Shown here piece by piece: positions 45,469 through 55,006 of a stretch of 64,000 nt of DNA. A model generated the notes under the pieces. That model made no database searches, was not told the origin of the DNA, and was given only the letters and a program-made list of their open reading frames with translations. The stretch is taken from NCBI GenBank assembly GCA_047601445.1, contig JASGJH010000001.1:5984001-6048000 (forward strand), written 5' to 3'. How positions within the stretch are numbered: the stretch's first letter is position 1; every line of letters begins with the position of its first letter. The position numbers were made by a program, and so were the translations under genes. This DNA comes from Myxococcales bacterium. Its GTDB lineage: Bacteria; Myxococcota_A; Polyangia; Polyangiales; DASUME01.

Positions 45469-46476
45469 ATGAGTGATTTGGTGAATCGTCAGTGGCTGCT
45501 TGCGCAACGCCCCAAGGGGGTTCCCAGCAGCGACGACTTTCGGTGGCACGAGGGAACGGTCGCGCGTCCCCAGGAGGGAGAGGTACTGGTGAAGAACCTG
45601 TATCTCGCGTGTGAACCGACGCAGCTCGGCTGGGCGGCCGGTGAAACCTACTTGCCCGCGGTGGGGCTCGGCGAAGTGATGCGCTCGTTGGGAGCAGGAG
45701 AAATCCTCGAGTCTCGTGATCCCGCATTCAAGGTCGGCCAGCGCGTGCAGGGACTATTGGGCTGGCAAGACTTCGCCACGGTGTCGGCGTCCGGTCACTA
45801 CCCAATGCTCCCCCTGTTGTCGGACGCACCGCTCGAGGCCTCGCTGTCGATTCTGGGCAACACCGGCATGACCGCCTACTTCGGGATGCTCGACATCGGG
45901 AAACCCAAGCCCGGTGAGACCGTGGTGGTCTCGGCTGCGGCAGGCGCCACGGGATCGGTGGCGGGGCAAATCGCCAAAATCCAGGGCTGCCGGGTGGTGG
46001 GCATCGCGGGAGGCGAGGACAAGTGTCGCTACCTGGTGGAGCAGCTGGGGTTCGACGCGGCCATCGACTACAAGCGGGAGAACCTGCTCTCGCGTTTGAG
46101 GCAGACCTGTCCGCAAGGCATCGACATCTACTTCGACAACGTGGGGGGCAAGACGCTGGACGCCGCCTTCCTCTACCTGGCATTGCGCGGGCGCGTCGTG
46201 CTCTGCGGCGCCATCTCTGGCTACGCCGACCCAGGCGCGATGACCGGACCGCGCAACTACCTGAGGCTGCTGCGACAGCGCGGCCGTATGGAGGGCTTCA
46301 TCGTGCTCGACTACCTGCACCGCGCCGAAGAGGCCATGTTGGCCCTAAGAGACTGGCACGAGCGCGGGCTGCTCAAGGACCGCGTGGACGTGCTGTCCGG
46401 GCTGGAGCAGGCGCCGGTCGCACTGAGGCGGCTGTTCACCGGGGAGAATCAGGGCAAGCAGCTGGTGCGGTTGTAG
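45469..46476 (+). CDS. NADP-dependent alkenal/enone reductase (PTGR/CurA-like MDR)
   Basis: NRQWLLAQRPKG, GMTAYFGM, VVVSAAAGATGSVAGQIAK, YFDNVGG, GENQGKQLV; AGGAG RBS. Confidence 0.94.
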   Translation: MSDLVNRQWLLAQRPKGVPSSDDFRWHEGTVARPQEGEVLVKNLYLACEPTQLGWAAGETYLPAVGLGEVMRSLGAGEILESRDPAFKVGQRVQGLLGWQDFATVSASGHYPMLPLLSDAPLEASLSILGNTGMTAYFGMLDIGKPKPGETVVVSAAAGATGSVAGQIAKIQGCRVVGIAGGEDKCRYLVEQLGFDAAIDYKRENLLSRLRQTCPQGIDIYFDNVGGKTLDAAFLYLALRGRVVLCGAISGYADPGAMTGPRNYLRLLRQRGRMEGFIVLDYLHRAEEAMLALRDWHERGLLKDRVDVLSGLEQAPVALRRLFTGENQGKQLVRL

Positions 46477-46542
46477 ACGCGGGCACTCGCCCTTGGGCAG
46501 GAAAGAGTGAGGTCCGCACTTTGGCTTGCGGACCTGAAAGCG

Positions 46543-47667
46543 TCAGGTCTGGTCAGCGAGGGGAACGTAGACGGAGAAGCGGGTGCCCTTGCCCATCTCG
46601 CTGGTCATGTGAATGACGCCGCCGACCTCCTCCACAATACGCCTGGAAATCGCGAGGCCAAGCCCCGTGCCGCCGTCGGCCTTGGTGGTGAAGAACGGAT
46701 CGAAGACCTTCTCCAGGTCGGACTCGGCGATGCCGCAACCGTTGTCCTGGACATCGAGTCGGGCCTGCCTGCCCTCCTTGCGCAGCGAGATGTCCACGTT
46801 GTTTTCCACGCGCGGGCGCTCGGGCAGGGATTGAAGCGCGTTCACCAACAGGTTCAACACTACCTGGCCCAGCTTGGTGCGTGAGCCGCGCACGGGCGGC
46901 AGCGGGTCGAGCTCGCACCTCACTTCGGCTCGCATCCGCAGCTCGCCGCGCAGGCTAGCGAGTGTCAGCCGAATGACATCGTTGAAATCCGCGTGGTTCT
47001 CGGTGTCGCGGCGGCGCTGGCTGAGCTCGACTCCGCGCGTGATATCGGTGATGCGCTGGACGCCTTCCCGTGCGTCGGCCAACAATAGCGTTAGCTGGCG
47101 CAGGGCTTCCGAGAGCGGGGACGCCGAGGGTAGGCCTTGGAGCAAGCCCGCTACCTCTTCGCGCATCAGCGATAGATTGGTCGCCACGGCCGTGATGGGG
47201 TTGCGGAGCTCGTGGGCGATTCCGGCCGCAACCACGCCGAGCGCGTAGACACGCTCGGTCTCACGCAGGCGCAGCTCGAGGGCCTTGATGCGTTGGCTCG
47301 TTCGGTACACGGAGAGCGCTTCGGCGACGTTCGCGCGCAGCTCTTCGATGACCCACGGCTTGCGCAGAAAGCGCTGCACCTGACCGCGGTTGATGGCGGC
47401 CGTGGCGTCGTGAAAGTCGGAGTACGCCGTGATTAGAATGCGCACGACGTCGGGCCACTCGGTCCGGGTCCGCTCCAGGAGCTCGACGCCCGTCATGCCG
47501 GGCATCCGCTGGTCCGCGATGACGAGCGCGAACTGCTGCTTGCGCATCAGCTCGAGAGCCTGGGCACCGCTGCTGGCGGTGACGATCTTGAAGTCGCGCC
47601 CGCAGGCCGCTTGAAAGACCACCAGGTTCGACTCGTCGTCGTCTACGTACAGAATGGTCTCAGTCAT
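46543..47667 (-). CDS. Receiver-histidine kinase hybrid (PhcR-like architecture)
   Basis: [11 protein letters not shown]...[10 protein letters not shown]...KPW, then [30 protein letters not shown]. No DNA-binding domain. Confidence 0.92.
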   Translation of the reverse strand: MTETILYVDDDESNLVVFQAACGRDFKIVTASSGAQALELMRKQQFALVIADQRMPGMTGVELLERTRTEWPDVVRILITAYSDFHDATAAINRGQVQRFLRKPWVIEELRANVAEALSVYRTSQRIKALELRLRETERVYALGVVAAGIAHELRNPITAVATNLSLMREEVAGLLQGLPSASPLSEALRQLTLLLADAREGVQRITDITRGVELSQRRRDTENHADFNDVIRLTLASLRGELRMRAEVRCELDPLPPVRGSRTKLGQVVLNLLVNALQSLPERPRVENNVDISLRKEGRQARLDVQDNGCGIAESDLEKVFDPFFTTKADGGTGLGLAISRRIVEEVGGVIHMTSEMGKGTRFSVYVPLADQT

Positions 47668-47936
47668 TGGTTGGCCTCAGGTGCAAGCCCGATTGCACCC
47701 CTGGGTGGCAGGGGAGAATACCCAGAGCACGGCACTTCATTCCCGGATTCTTTGCTCGCTTCGCCCATCGGCTGTCATCCACTCATTCTACCTACGTCCA
47801 CGTCGTTCACCGCTGGGAATGATTGCACAAAGTTGATCATCCGTGCGGCTCAGGGTGACAGAACCTGAATCCCGTCCAAGGACACCATAGGCGCGTTTCG
47901 CTTTCGTTTCCCTCACGTCACGCGCTCCTCGTTTGG

Positions 47937-47999
47937 TCGTCCATTCGGGCCGTCAGGTTCCCTTCGTCCGTTTCGGCTCGTCAGGTCGCCGTCCATCGG
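47937..47999. repeat. Three imperfect direct repeats in the divergent intergenic region
   Basis: TCGTCCATTCGGGCCGTCAGGT, TCGTCCGTTTCGGCTCGTCAGGT and CGTCCATCGG, with a period of about 26-27 nt. Confidence 0.6.
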
Positions 48000-48517
48000 A
48001 CCAGCGCTGCGCGCGCCGACGCGTGTGCGGCGAGCGAGCAAGTGTCTCCGACTCAGTTCGAAAGGTACCGCGGAGCGCACTGCGCGCGGATCGAAGATCA
48101 ACACGAACGCGTCGCTGCATCACGCGCGAATGATGACCGCTGGTCGATAGACTCATATGGGCCTGTCGTGCAGCGATGCAGACTAAAAATCACCACATTG
48201 CGCGCGAAATACAGCCTGGATTTTCAGCTCCTACGCGAACGTCACTGCAAAGCGTTAGTCTGATCTCCACTCTGTTGATCCAAAACTAATCGCCAACGTT
48301 GACTTCCACTAATCAGCAAGCCACCGTTGTTCGGCACCAGCGAGTCTGCGACCGCAGCAAGCGTTCGCGAGAAGTCGCGCCAACCCTGAGCTGTTCACGT
48401 CTGCGCTGAAGGCATGCGCAGCGCTCGGTTGAGCAATGGATGGCATTCGTCGGGCTTTGTCGAAGCTGCGACGCAATGTCGGTGGCGCTTCCACGCTCGC
48501 AAGAAGGACCTCTACAG

Positions 48518-50107
48518 ATGAACAATTCGCCGGCTTCCATGGACGTTCAGCAGGCGCCGAGGGCAACCGCGCCCGCCGAACGCATCTCCGGCATCGCGCC
48601 GGTGCCCCCCGTTGTCCGCAACTATCAGGATCTCGAGGGAGGCGTCGGCCGGGAGGTCAACTTCCGGCCCCCTCGCTACCAGTCGGCGGAGTTCGGACCG
48701 GTTGGCGCAGTGGTCAACGCGGTGGTGGACGGCAAGAGCTACACCTGCGTGCTGCACGACGTATCGCAGAACGGCGTCGCCTTCGAATGGCACGAGGTGG
48801 GGCGTCTGGAGGTCGGTGCGACCATCTCCGTGCTTACCGTGAGCTTCGATCGGCACGAAGCCTATCGTGGGGCCGCGCGCGTGGGGTCCGTGCGCGACGC
48901 CGACGGCTATCAGCTGGTTGGGGCTTCATTCCTCGACACGCTGATGAATATCGACGACGTGCTCCAGTTGCGCGACGTCAAGGCCTGGAGCGGCGCCGGA
49001 CCGGGTCTCGCGCTCAAGGAGCGCCCCTGGCGGTTTGCCGGGCATGAACGCTTCAAGTCGCTGGTGGCGGAGATGCGTCTGCTGCTGCTGGACGCCGAGC
49101 AGCAGCTCGGTGAGCTCGAGGCCTCGCTGCCCTGGCACGTCGTCCACGGTGGCGACCAGGACCTGCCCGCGAGAGACGCTCTCATCCACCGCCTGCGCAC
49201 CGAGGTCGTGGACGAGATCATGACGGTCTACAACGAGATCGGGTCCATGCGGGATCCGGTGAGTCCGGCCGAGCATCGGGCCATGAAGGAGTACTCGATT
49301 CGTCAGCTCAACGATTTGCTCATGCAGGCATCGTGGCTGCGACGGGCACGTGACAAGCCGCTTGGTTATCCTGGCGACTTCGAGCTGATGAACGGCATTT
49401 ATGGCATCGGCGCGTTCGGCAGCTTTGCGGGCAATACCTTGTTCGCCAAGACCTTGAACTTGTTCCTGGTCAACACGCCAGCTGCGCGCGCGGTGGCCGA
49501 GCGCAAGAACGTCGTGGCTGCACGACTCTCCAAGCTGCTCGACGAGTGCAAGCCGAGCGGCCGACCCATCCGCGTGCTGTCGCTGGCGGCGGGACCGGCC
49601 CAGGAGACCTATGAACTGCTCTCGACCCGCGAACACTTCCCGACGCCGGTCGAAATCGTACTTTTCGACCAGGACAAGCGCGCCCTCTCCTTCGCCTACG
49701 GGCGCTTCAAGCAGCTCCCGGCGGTCAAGTACGGTCAGGTCCGCATCGTCTACCTCCACGACACCATCAAGCGCTTGCTGAGAGATCCCCGTCTATTCGC
49801 GTCGTTCGGCGAGTTCGACATGATCTTCTCGTGCGGCTTGTTCGACTACCTGCCGCAGGCCACGGCCACCACATTGACTACGAACCTCTACGCGAACCTG
49901 GCGTCCGGGGGCTCCCTCTACGTCGGCAACCAGACGATCAAGACCACCAGCCGCTGGCTGATCGAGTTCCTGGCCGACTGGTACCTCATCTACCGCGAGC
50001 ATTCCGAGATGCTGGCCTTCGCCAGTGCAGGCGTACCCACGGCCGACATCTCGATCCTCGAGGAGCCGACCGGCATCAACCCGTTCGTCGTCCTGCGCCG
50101 TCCCTGA
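48518..50107 (+). CDS. PilZ-like N-terminal domain plus class I SAM-dependent methyltransferase, PhcB-like signal synthase candidate
   Basis: N-terminal FRPPR...LHDVSQNGVAF (RxxR / DxSxxG). RARDKPLGYPGDFELMN and TLFAKTLN, as I recall them from PhcB-type proteins. SAM motifs RVLSLAAGPAQE, LFDQD, FDMIFSCGLFDYL, LASGGSLYVGN, DWYLIYR. AGAAGGA RBS. Confidence 0.75.
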   Translation: MNNSPASMDVQQAPRATAPAERISGIAPVPPVVRNYQDLEGGVGREVNFRPPRYQSAEFGPVGAVVNAVVDGKSYTCVLHDVSQNGVAFEWHEVGRLEVGATISVLTVSFDRHEAYRGAARVGSVRDADGYQLVGASFLDTLMNIDDVLQLRDVKAWSGAGPGLALKERPWRFAGHERFKSLVAEMRLLLLDAEQQLGELEASLPWHVVHGGDQDLPARDALIHRLRTEVVDEIMTVYNEIGSMRDPVSPAEHRAMKEYSIRQLNDLLMQASWLRRARDKPLGYPGDFELMNGIYGIGAFGSFAGNTLFAKTLNLFLVNTPAARAVAERKNVVAARLSKLLDECKPSGRPIRVLSLAAGPAQETYELLSTREHFPTPVEIVLFDQDKRALSFAYGRFKQLPAVKYGQVRIVYLHDTIKRLLRDPRLFASFGEFDMIFSCGLFDYLPQATATTLTTNLYANLASGGSLYVGNQTIKTTSRWLIEFLADWYLIYREHSEMLAFASAGVPTADISILEEPTGINPFVVLRRP

Positions 50108-50152
50108 GGGCGGGCGCGCCCGCGCAGCGAGCCGATCACAGGAGCAGAGACC

Positions 50153-51133
50153 ATGCCGACGAAGCAACTCGTCCAGGTCGCCTCACGCCTGGTCAGCAGA
50201 CTGGCCGGCTCCAACGGGCGTCGTGTAGACCGTCCGTCCGAGCAACTGCCCGGCCGAGGGGCGAGCACCCCAGAAGGCGTCCGGGTCACCTATCGCAAGA
50301 TGGAGTTCGAGTTCGAGAGCCGGGGCTTCGAGCGCCGCTGGCACAGCGACAGCACCTTCATCAGCGGCTTCTGGAACGCGCTCTCGAGCGCGTTTCCGGC
50401 CGGGGAGAGGTTCTTCATCGACGCGGCGAACTCGGTGCGCGACCGCATCGACGACCCCGTCCTGCGCGAGGAGCTGAGCGAGTTCCTGCGCCAGGAGAGC
50501 CACCATATCGTCCAGCACAAGAAGTTCAATCGCATGGTCGCGGAGCAGGGCTTCGACATGAAGACCTACGAGGCGCGCTATGCGATTCCGCTCCAGGCGG
50601 CCGCCGCCCAGTTGAAGCCGATGCAGAAGATGGCGGTGACCGTCGCGCTGGAGCACTTCACGGCCGTCTTTGCCCACCAGGTGCTGACCAATCCTGCAGT
50701 GATCGGCGGCGCCGACCCCTGCGTGTTGGCGCTCTGGTCGTGGCATTTCATGGAAGAGCTCGAGCACAAGGCCACCTGCTTCGAGGCCTATGAGCGTCTC
50801 GGGGGCAGCTACGTCACTCGGGTCAAGGCCGCGGGTCCGGCTTGGCAGCTCTACCTTCTGCTCGCTGTCCGCAGCGCGCTCAGCATGCTGCGCGAAGACG
50901 GGCGCAGCCTGGACCCGCGGGAGTACGCCCGAGGGCTCTGGTACCTGTTCGGTCCGAGCGGCTTCGTGACGAGTATGATTCCGGGCCTACTTGACTACTT
51001 CCGCCCAGATTTCCACCCATGGCAGTTCGACGACAGCAACTTGATCGCCAACTGGCAGCTGCGTAACAATCCCCACGTCAGGAGCATGCAGGTGTTCAGC
51101 CGACAGCCGGAGGTCCAGACGGCCTCCGCTTGA
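50153..51133 (+). CDS. 'Predicted metal-dependent hydrolase' family protein (ferritin-like di-metal motifs)
   Basis: FPAGERFFI, QESHHIVQH, LEHFTA, WHFMEELEHK, YFRPDFHPW; AGGAG RBS. Confidence 0.88.
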   Translation: MPTKQLVQVASRLVSRLAGSNGRRVDRPSEQLPGRGASTPEGVRVTYRKMEFEFESRGFERRWHSDSTFISGFWNALSSAFPAGERFFIDAANSVRDRIDDPVLREELSEFLRQESHHIVQHKKFNRMVAEQGFDMKTYEARYAIPLQAAAAQLKPMQKMAVTVALEHFTAVFAHQVLTNPAVIGGADPCVLALWSWHFMEELEHKATCFEAYERLGGSYVTRVKAAGPAWQLYLLLAVRSALSMLREDGRSLDPREYARGLWYLFGPSGFVTSMIPGLLDYFRPDFHPWQFDDSNLIANWQLRNNPHVRSMQVFSRQPEVQTASA

Positions 51134-51208
51134 GCAGGCGTCGCAGGCGGTGCTCGGCGGGCGTGTTGCCCGTGTCGACTGGCTTGGCCCGCTTCGACGG
51201 AGACGTAA

Positions 51209-53911
51209 ATGGCTGAAGTATCCCCGGTCCTCAAAGCCGCTGAGGATAGTCCCGAGCTGGAAGCTCGCTGGTCCGTGTGGCTGCTCACACGAAACCGCCG
51301 CGCGACCATCATGTGCCTCTGGCTCAACGCGGTGCTCTACCCGCTGTTCGGCGTGCTCGACTACTTCGTGGCGCCGCGCGAGTGGCTGTCGCTGCTGTGG
51401 GGCACCCGGTTCCTGGTCGCCATCGTCACGCTGACGATGTTTCGGATCGTGCGCGGACCGCTGTTCGACCGCCACTCCAACGTGCTCTCCGCGGCCTATC
51501 AGGTGCTGATCTCCTGCGGCATCAGCTTGATGACCGTGATCTTCGGTGGACTCGCGTCGTCTTATTACGCGGGTCTGAACCTGGTGATGCTGGGTGCCGG
51601 CCTGTTGTTCGTGTGGCCGCGCTCCATCGTGCTCACCACTCACGCAGCGATCGTCGCGTCGTTCATCCTGCCCAACTGGATCCTCGGCCGCACCGGCGAT
51701 GCCTTCAACTCGATCACCAACCTGTTCTTCCTGATCTCCACGGCCTGCATCGCCATGGCCGGACAGCTGGTCGCCTATCGCGTCAACCGCGAGCAGCTCT
51801 CCGCCATGCTGTTGATCGAGTCCACCACGGCCAACCTCGAGCGCGCGCACGTGAAGTTGCAGCAGCTCGACAAGTTCAAGTCCGAGTTCTTCGCCAACAT
51901 CACCCACGAGCTGAAGACGCCGCTCACGATGATCCTGGCCCCGCTCGAGCTGATGCTGCAGGGCGAATTCGGCAAGATCACGGAGACCCAGCGGGCCTCC
52001 CTCGACTCCATGCTGCGCAGCGGGATCAAGCTGCTCAAGCTGATCGGCAACCTGCTCGACCTGTCGAGGATGGATGAGTCGCGACTGCGTCTGCAGGTGG
52101 CCGAGCACGACCTCGCGGTGTACCTGCGGGACCTGGTTGCGCAGGTGCATTCGCTGGCCGGCCGCAAGGGCATCGAGCTCAGCTTCGAGACCAGCTGCGA
52201 GAGGACCATGGTCCACTGCGACCTGGAGCGGCTCGAGCGCGTGTTCGTGAACCTGCTGTCCAATGCGGCCAAGTTCACACCGGCTGGCGGCAAGATTCGG
52301 GTCTCGCTGGTGGACGCCGGCGACCGCGCGCGCGTCTCGGTGAGCGACACGGGCATCGGCTTCCCGCAGGACATGGCCGAGCGCATCTTCGAGCGCTTCG
52401 TGCAGGTGGATATGGCCGGTACGCGTAAGTTCGGCGGCACCGGCATCGGCCTGGCCCTGGCCAAGGAGCTGATCGGGCTGCACGGCGGCACCATCAGCGC
52501 CCGCAGCGAAGTGGGCGCCGGAGCGACCTTCACGGTGGAGCTCTTGAAGGACCGCGAGCACTTCGACCCCGAGCGCGTCGACCGGCGCGCGCGGCGCGCT
52601 GACCTGCTGGACGGCAATCGCGAGACCGACCGCGGCATCGGCGAGTGGGAAGTGGAGACCAAGGCGCGCTTCCGCTTCATCGACATCGACGAGGCCACCG
52701 ATCAGCGCATCGTTCAACGCGACCCCGACGAGCACGAGCGCTCGCAGAGCGTGCTGGTGGTGGACGACACCCCGGACGTCATCCGCGTGATCTACCTGGC
52801 CCTGCGCAACCAGTTCCGCGTGCTGGCCGCGCCCGATGGCGAGAAGGGCTTCGACCTGGCGGTGAGGCACCTGCCGAGCCTGATCATCACCGACCTGATG
52901 ATGCCCGAAGTGGACGGCATGGAGTTGAGCCGACGGCTGCGCCAGGACCCCCGCACCAAGCACATCCCCATCGTGATGCTCACGGCCCGTGACCACGTGG
53001 ACGAGCGCACCGCGGGCATGGACTCGGGCATCAACGCCTACCTGACCAAGCCGTTCGCGGCCAAGGAGTTGCTCTCGACGGTGCGCGGGTTGGTGCGCAT
53101 CCAGGAGACCAACGCGGACCTGGTGCTGACCCACAGCATGGACTCGCTGCAGACCATCGCCGGCGGCCTGGCCCACGAGATCAACAACCCCCTGAACTAC
53201 ATCCGGAGTGCACTCGCCATGATCCAGAGCGACGGCGAGCACATGCTCTCGATCGCCAAGGAAGGTGGCTTGAGCGGCGACTCCCCGGCGATGGAGCCGC
53301 TCTCGAGCCGCATGATGAAGATGTTCCAGGTGGCCGACACGGGGCTGCGCAAGATCGGCTCGACCGTGGAGTTGATGCAGCGCTACTCCCGCGAGGGTTA
53401 CTCGCGCACCATGCAGGCCATCGACGCCTTCGCGCTGACCCGCGACGTGGTGTCCATGCTGGAGGGGGTCGCCCAGCGCACCATCGAGCTGAGCTTCGAG
53501 GGCGAGGGCAGCGTGGAGTGCGTGCCGGACGAGCTGAGCCAGGTGCTCACGAACCTGGTGCAGAACGCCATCGATGCCACTCCCGCGGACGGGACCGGCA
53601 ACGTGCAGGTACGCGGTAGCTACGAGGGCGGCACCTTCGTCTTCTCGGTGCGCGACAATGGCCACGGCATTAGCCCGGAGGACCGAGCCAAGATCTTCAC
53701 GCCCTTCTACACCACCAAGGACGTGGGCAAGGGCATGGGTCTCGGCCTAACCATCGTGCGGCGCGTGGTCACGGCCCTGGGGGGCACCGTCACGCTGACG
53801 AGTCAGGTGGGGAAGGGCACCGAGTTCATGCTGCGCATCCCCTGCAAGCGGGCGCTGCTGATGACCACCAACGAGGCGGGCCAGACGACCTTCGAGGACG
53901 TCACGGCATAG
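51209..53911 (+). CDS. Membrane-bound hybrid sensor kinase (~6 TM, HisKA, HATPase, REC, HisKA, HATPase), PhcS-like
   Basis: Closely spaced TM segments (LFGVLDYFVAP, YYAGLNLV). H-box 1 FANITHELKTPL, receiver VLVVDD...TDLMMP...KPF, H-box 2 GGLAHEINNPL, two ATPase domains. Confidence 0.93.
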   Translation: MAEVSPVLKAAEDSPELEARWSVWLLTRNRRATIMCLWLNAVLYPLFGVLDYFVAPREWLSLLWGTRFLVAIVTLTMFRIVRGPLFDRHSNVLSAAYQVLISCGISLMTVIFGGLASSYYAGLNLVMLGAGLLFVWPRSIVLTTHAAIVASFILPNWILGRTGDAFNSITNLFFLISTACIAMAGQLVAYRVNREQLSAMLLIESTTANLERAHVKLQQLDKFKSEFFANITHELKTPLTMILAPLELMLQGEFGKITETQRASLDSMLRSGIKLLKLIGNLLDLSRMDESRLRLQVAEHDLAVYLRDLVAQVHSLAGRKGIELSFETSCERTMVHCDLERLERVFVNLLSNAAKFTPAGGKIRVSLVDAGDRARVSVSDTGIGFPQDMAERIFERFVQVDMAGTRKFGGTGIGLALAKELIGLHGGTISARSEVGAGATFTVELLKDREHFDPERVDRRARRADLLDGNRETDRGIGEWEVETKARFRFIDIDEATDQRIVQRDPDEHERSQSVLVVDDTPDVIRVIYLALRNQFRVLAAPDGEKGFDLAVRHLPSLIITDLMMPEVDGMELSRRLRQDPRTKHIPIVMLTARDHVDERTAGMDSGINAYLTKPFAAKELLSTVRGLVRIQETNADLVLTHSMDSLQTIAGGLAHEINNPLNYIRSALAMIQSDGEHMLSIAKEGGLSGDSPAMEPLSSRMMKMFQVADTGLRKIGSTVELMQRYSREGYSRTMQAIDAFALTRDVVSMLEGVAQRTIELSFEGEGSVECVPDELSQVLTNLVQNAIDATPADGTGNVQVRGSYEGGTFVFSVRDNGHGISPEDRAKIFTPFYTTKDVGKGMGLGLTIVRRVVTALGGTVTLTSQVGKGTEFMLRIPCKRALLMTTNEAGQTTFEDVTA

Positions 53912-54001
53912 CGGGGCGCGGACAAGTCGGCGCCCTGCTCCCGTGCCAGCCTTGCGCCAGCAAGGCGAGCCCGCGCCGGACTACGCCGGCTACGCCTAGA
54001 A

Positions 54002-54697
54002 TCAAAGCCCTGCGTAGACTGCGCGCACGTCGTCGTCGTCGTCGATGGCCTGCAGGAAGGCCTCGACTTCAGCTCGCTTCTCGTCGTCCAGGCTGACGGG
54101 GTTCTTGGCGACCCAGATCAAGTCCTGCGAGGAAAGCGTCCAGCCACGGGCCGTCAGCGCGCGTCCGACGGCGTCGAGGTCGGCGGGTTCGGTGAGAAAG
54201 CGTGAGTCGCCGTCTTCGCCCGGCTCCACTTCCTGGGCTCCGGCTTCGATGGCGGCCTCCTCGGGGTCTTCGCCGCTGGCGGGCGGGCTGGCCTCGATGG
54301 CGCCCCGGCGGAGGAAGTCCCAGGACACCGAGCCCGAGGCGCCCAGCTGGCCCTTGCGGAACAGGATGCGCATGTTGGGGGCGGTGCGGTTCTTGTTGTC
54401 GGTGAGGCACTCCACGATCACCGGCACCTGATGCGGCGCGAAGCCCTCGTAGACGACCGTCTCGAAGGTCGCGGCGTCATCCAGCAGGCCGGCGCCCTTT
54501 TTGATGGCGCGCTCCAGGGTGTCGCGGGTCATCGACGCCTTCTTGGCCGCTTCCACGGCCAGACGCAGACGCGGGTTCATCGTCGGGTCGGGGCCGCCCT
54601 TGGCGGCGATCATGATTTCCTTGGCAAGCTTGGTGAAGAGACGCCCCTTGGCGTCTGCTGCTTGCGCGCGGCCCTTGGCTTTCCACTGTGCACCCAT
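54002..54697 (-). CDS. yebC: YebC/PmpR family protein
   Basis: [44 protein letters not shown]. Confidence 0.95.
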   Translation of the reverse strand: MGAQWKAKGRAQAADAKGRLFTKLAKEIMIAAKGGPDPTMNPRLRLAVEAAKKASMTRDTLERAIKKGAGLLDDAATFETVVYEGFAPHQVPVIVECLTDNKNRTAPNMRILFRKGQLGASGSVSWDFLRRGAIEASPPASGEDPEEAAIEAGAQEVEPGEDGDSRFLTEPADLDAVGRALTARGWTLSSQDLIWVAKNPVSLDDEKRAEVEAFLQAIDDDDDVRAVYAGL

Positions 54698-54907
54698 AGG
54701 GCGCTGGATTTAGCGCATGGTGCCGAGGGAGGTCGAGCGACAACTCGGGGGCCCGTACCCAACTGTGGCGACGCCTACATGGCGGGCCACCTGCAATACA
54801 CTGAAGCCCGGCCCTCCGTGGGTGTAGCGAACCTCGCGGAGGGGTGGTCCCAGCGCGGCTTTGCCGCGATGGGCGGGGAGGGCGTGCGCCCTTCCCGTGA
54901 AAAGAGC

Positions 54908-55006
54908 TTACTTGCCGGCCGCCTTTTCCTTCTTCTTGGCCTTCTTCTCCTTCACGGAGAGCTTGGGCTTGTTGTTGTTCTTGGGCCGCTCTTGTCCTTT
55001 GGCCAT
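54908..55006 (-). CDS. 32-aa Lys-rich small protein
   Basis: GAGGAGG RBS 5 nt before ATG; MAKGQERPKNNNKPKLSVKEKKAKKKEKAAGK; GC-ending codons; hairpin downstream. Confidence 0.72.
   Translation of the reverse strand: MAKGQERPKNNNKPKLSVKEKKAKKKEKAAGK

Noticed and set aside
47937..47999. Direct repeats as a mini-CRISPR
   Set aside because: The repeats are degenerate and nearly abutting, with no ~30-nt spacers.
50987..53665. 892-aa minus-strand ORF, and similar long ORFs such as 58241-61216 +, 55899-57692 + and 14571-16415 +
   Set aside because: These are antisense shadows of well-supported genes, expected from GC3 bias. They contain no recognisable motifs.
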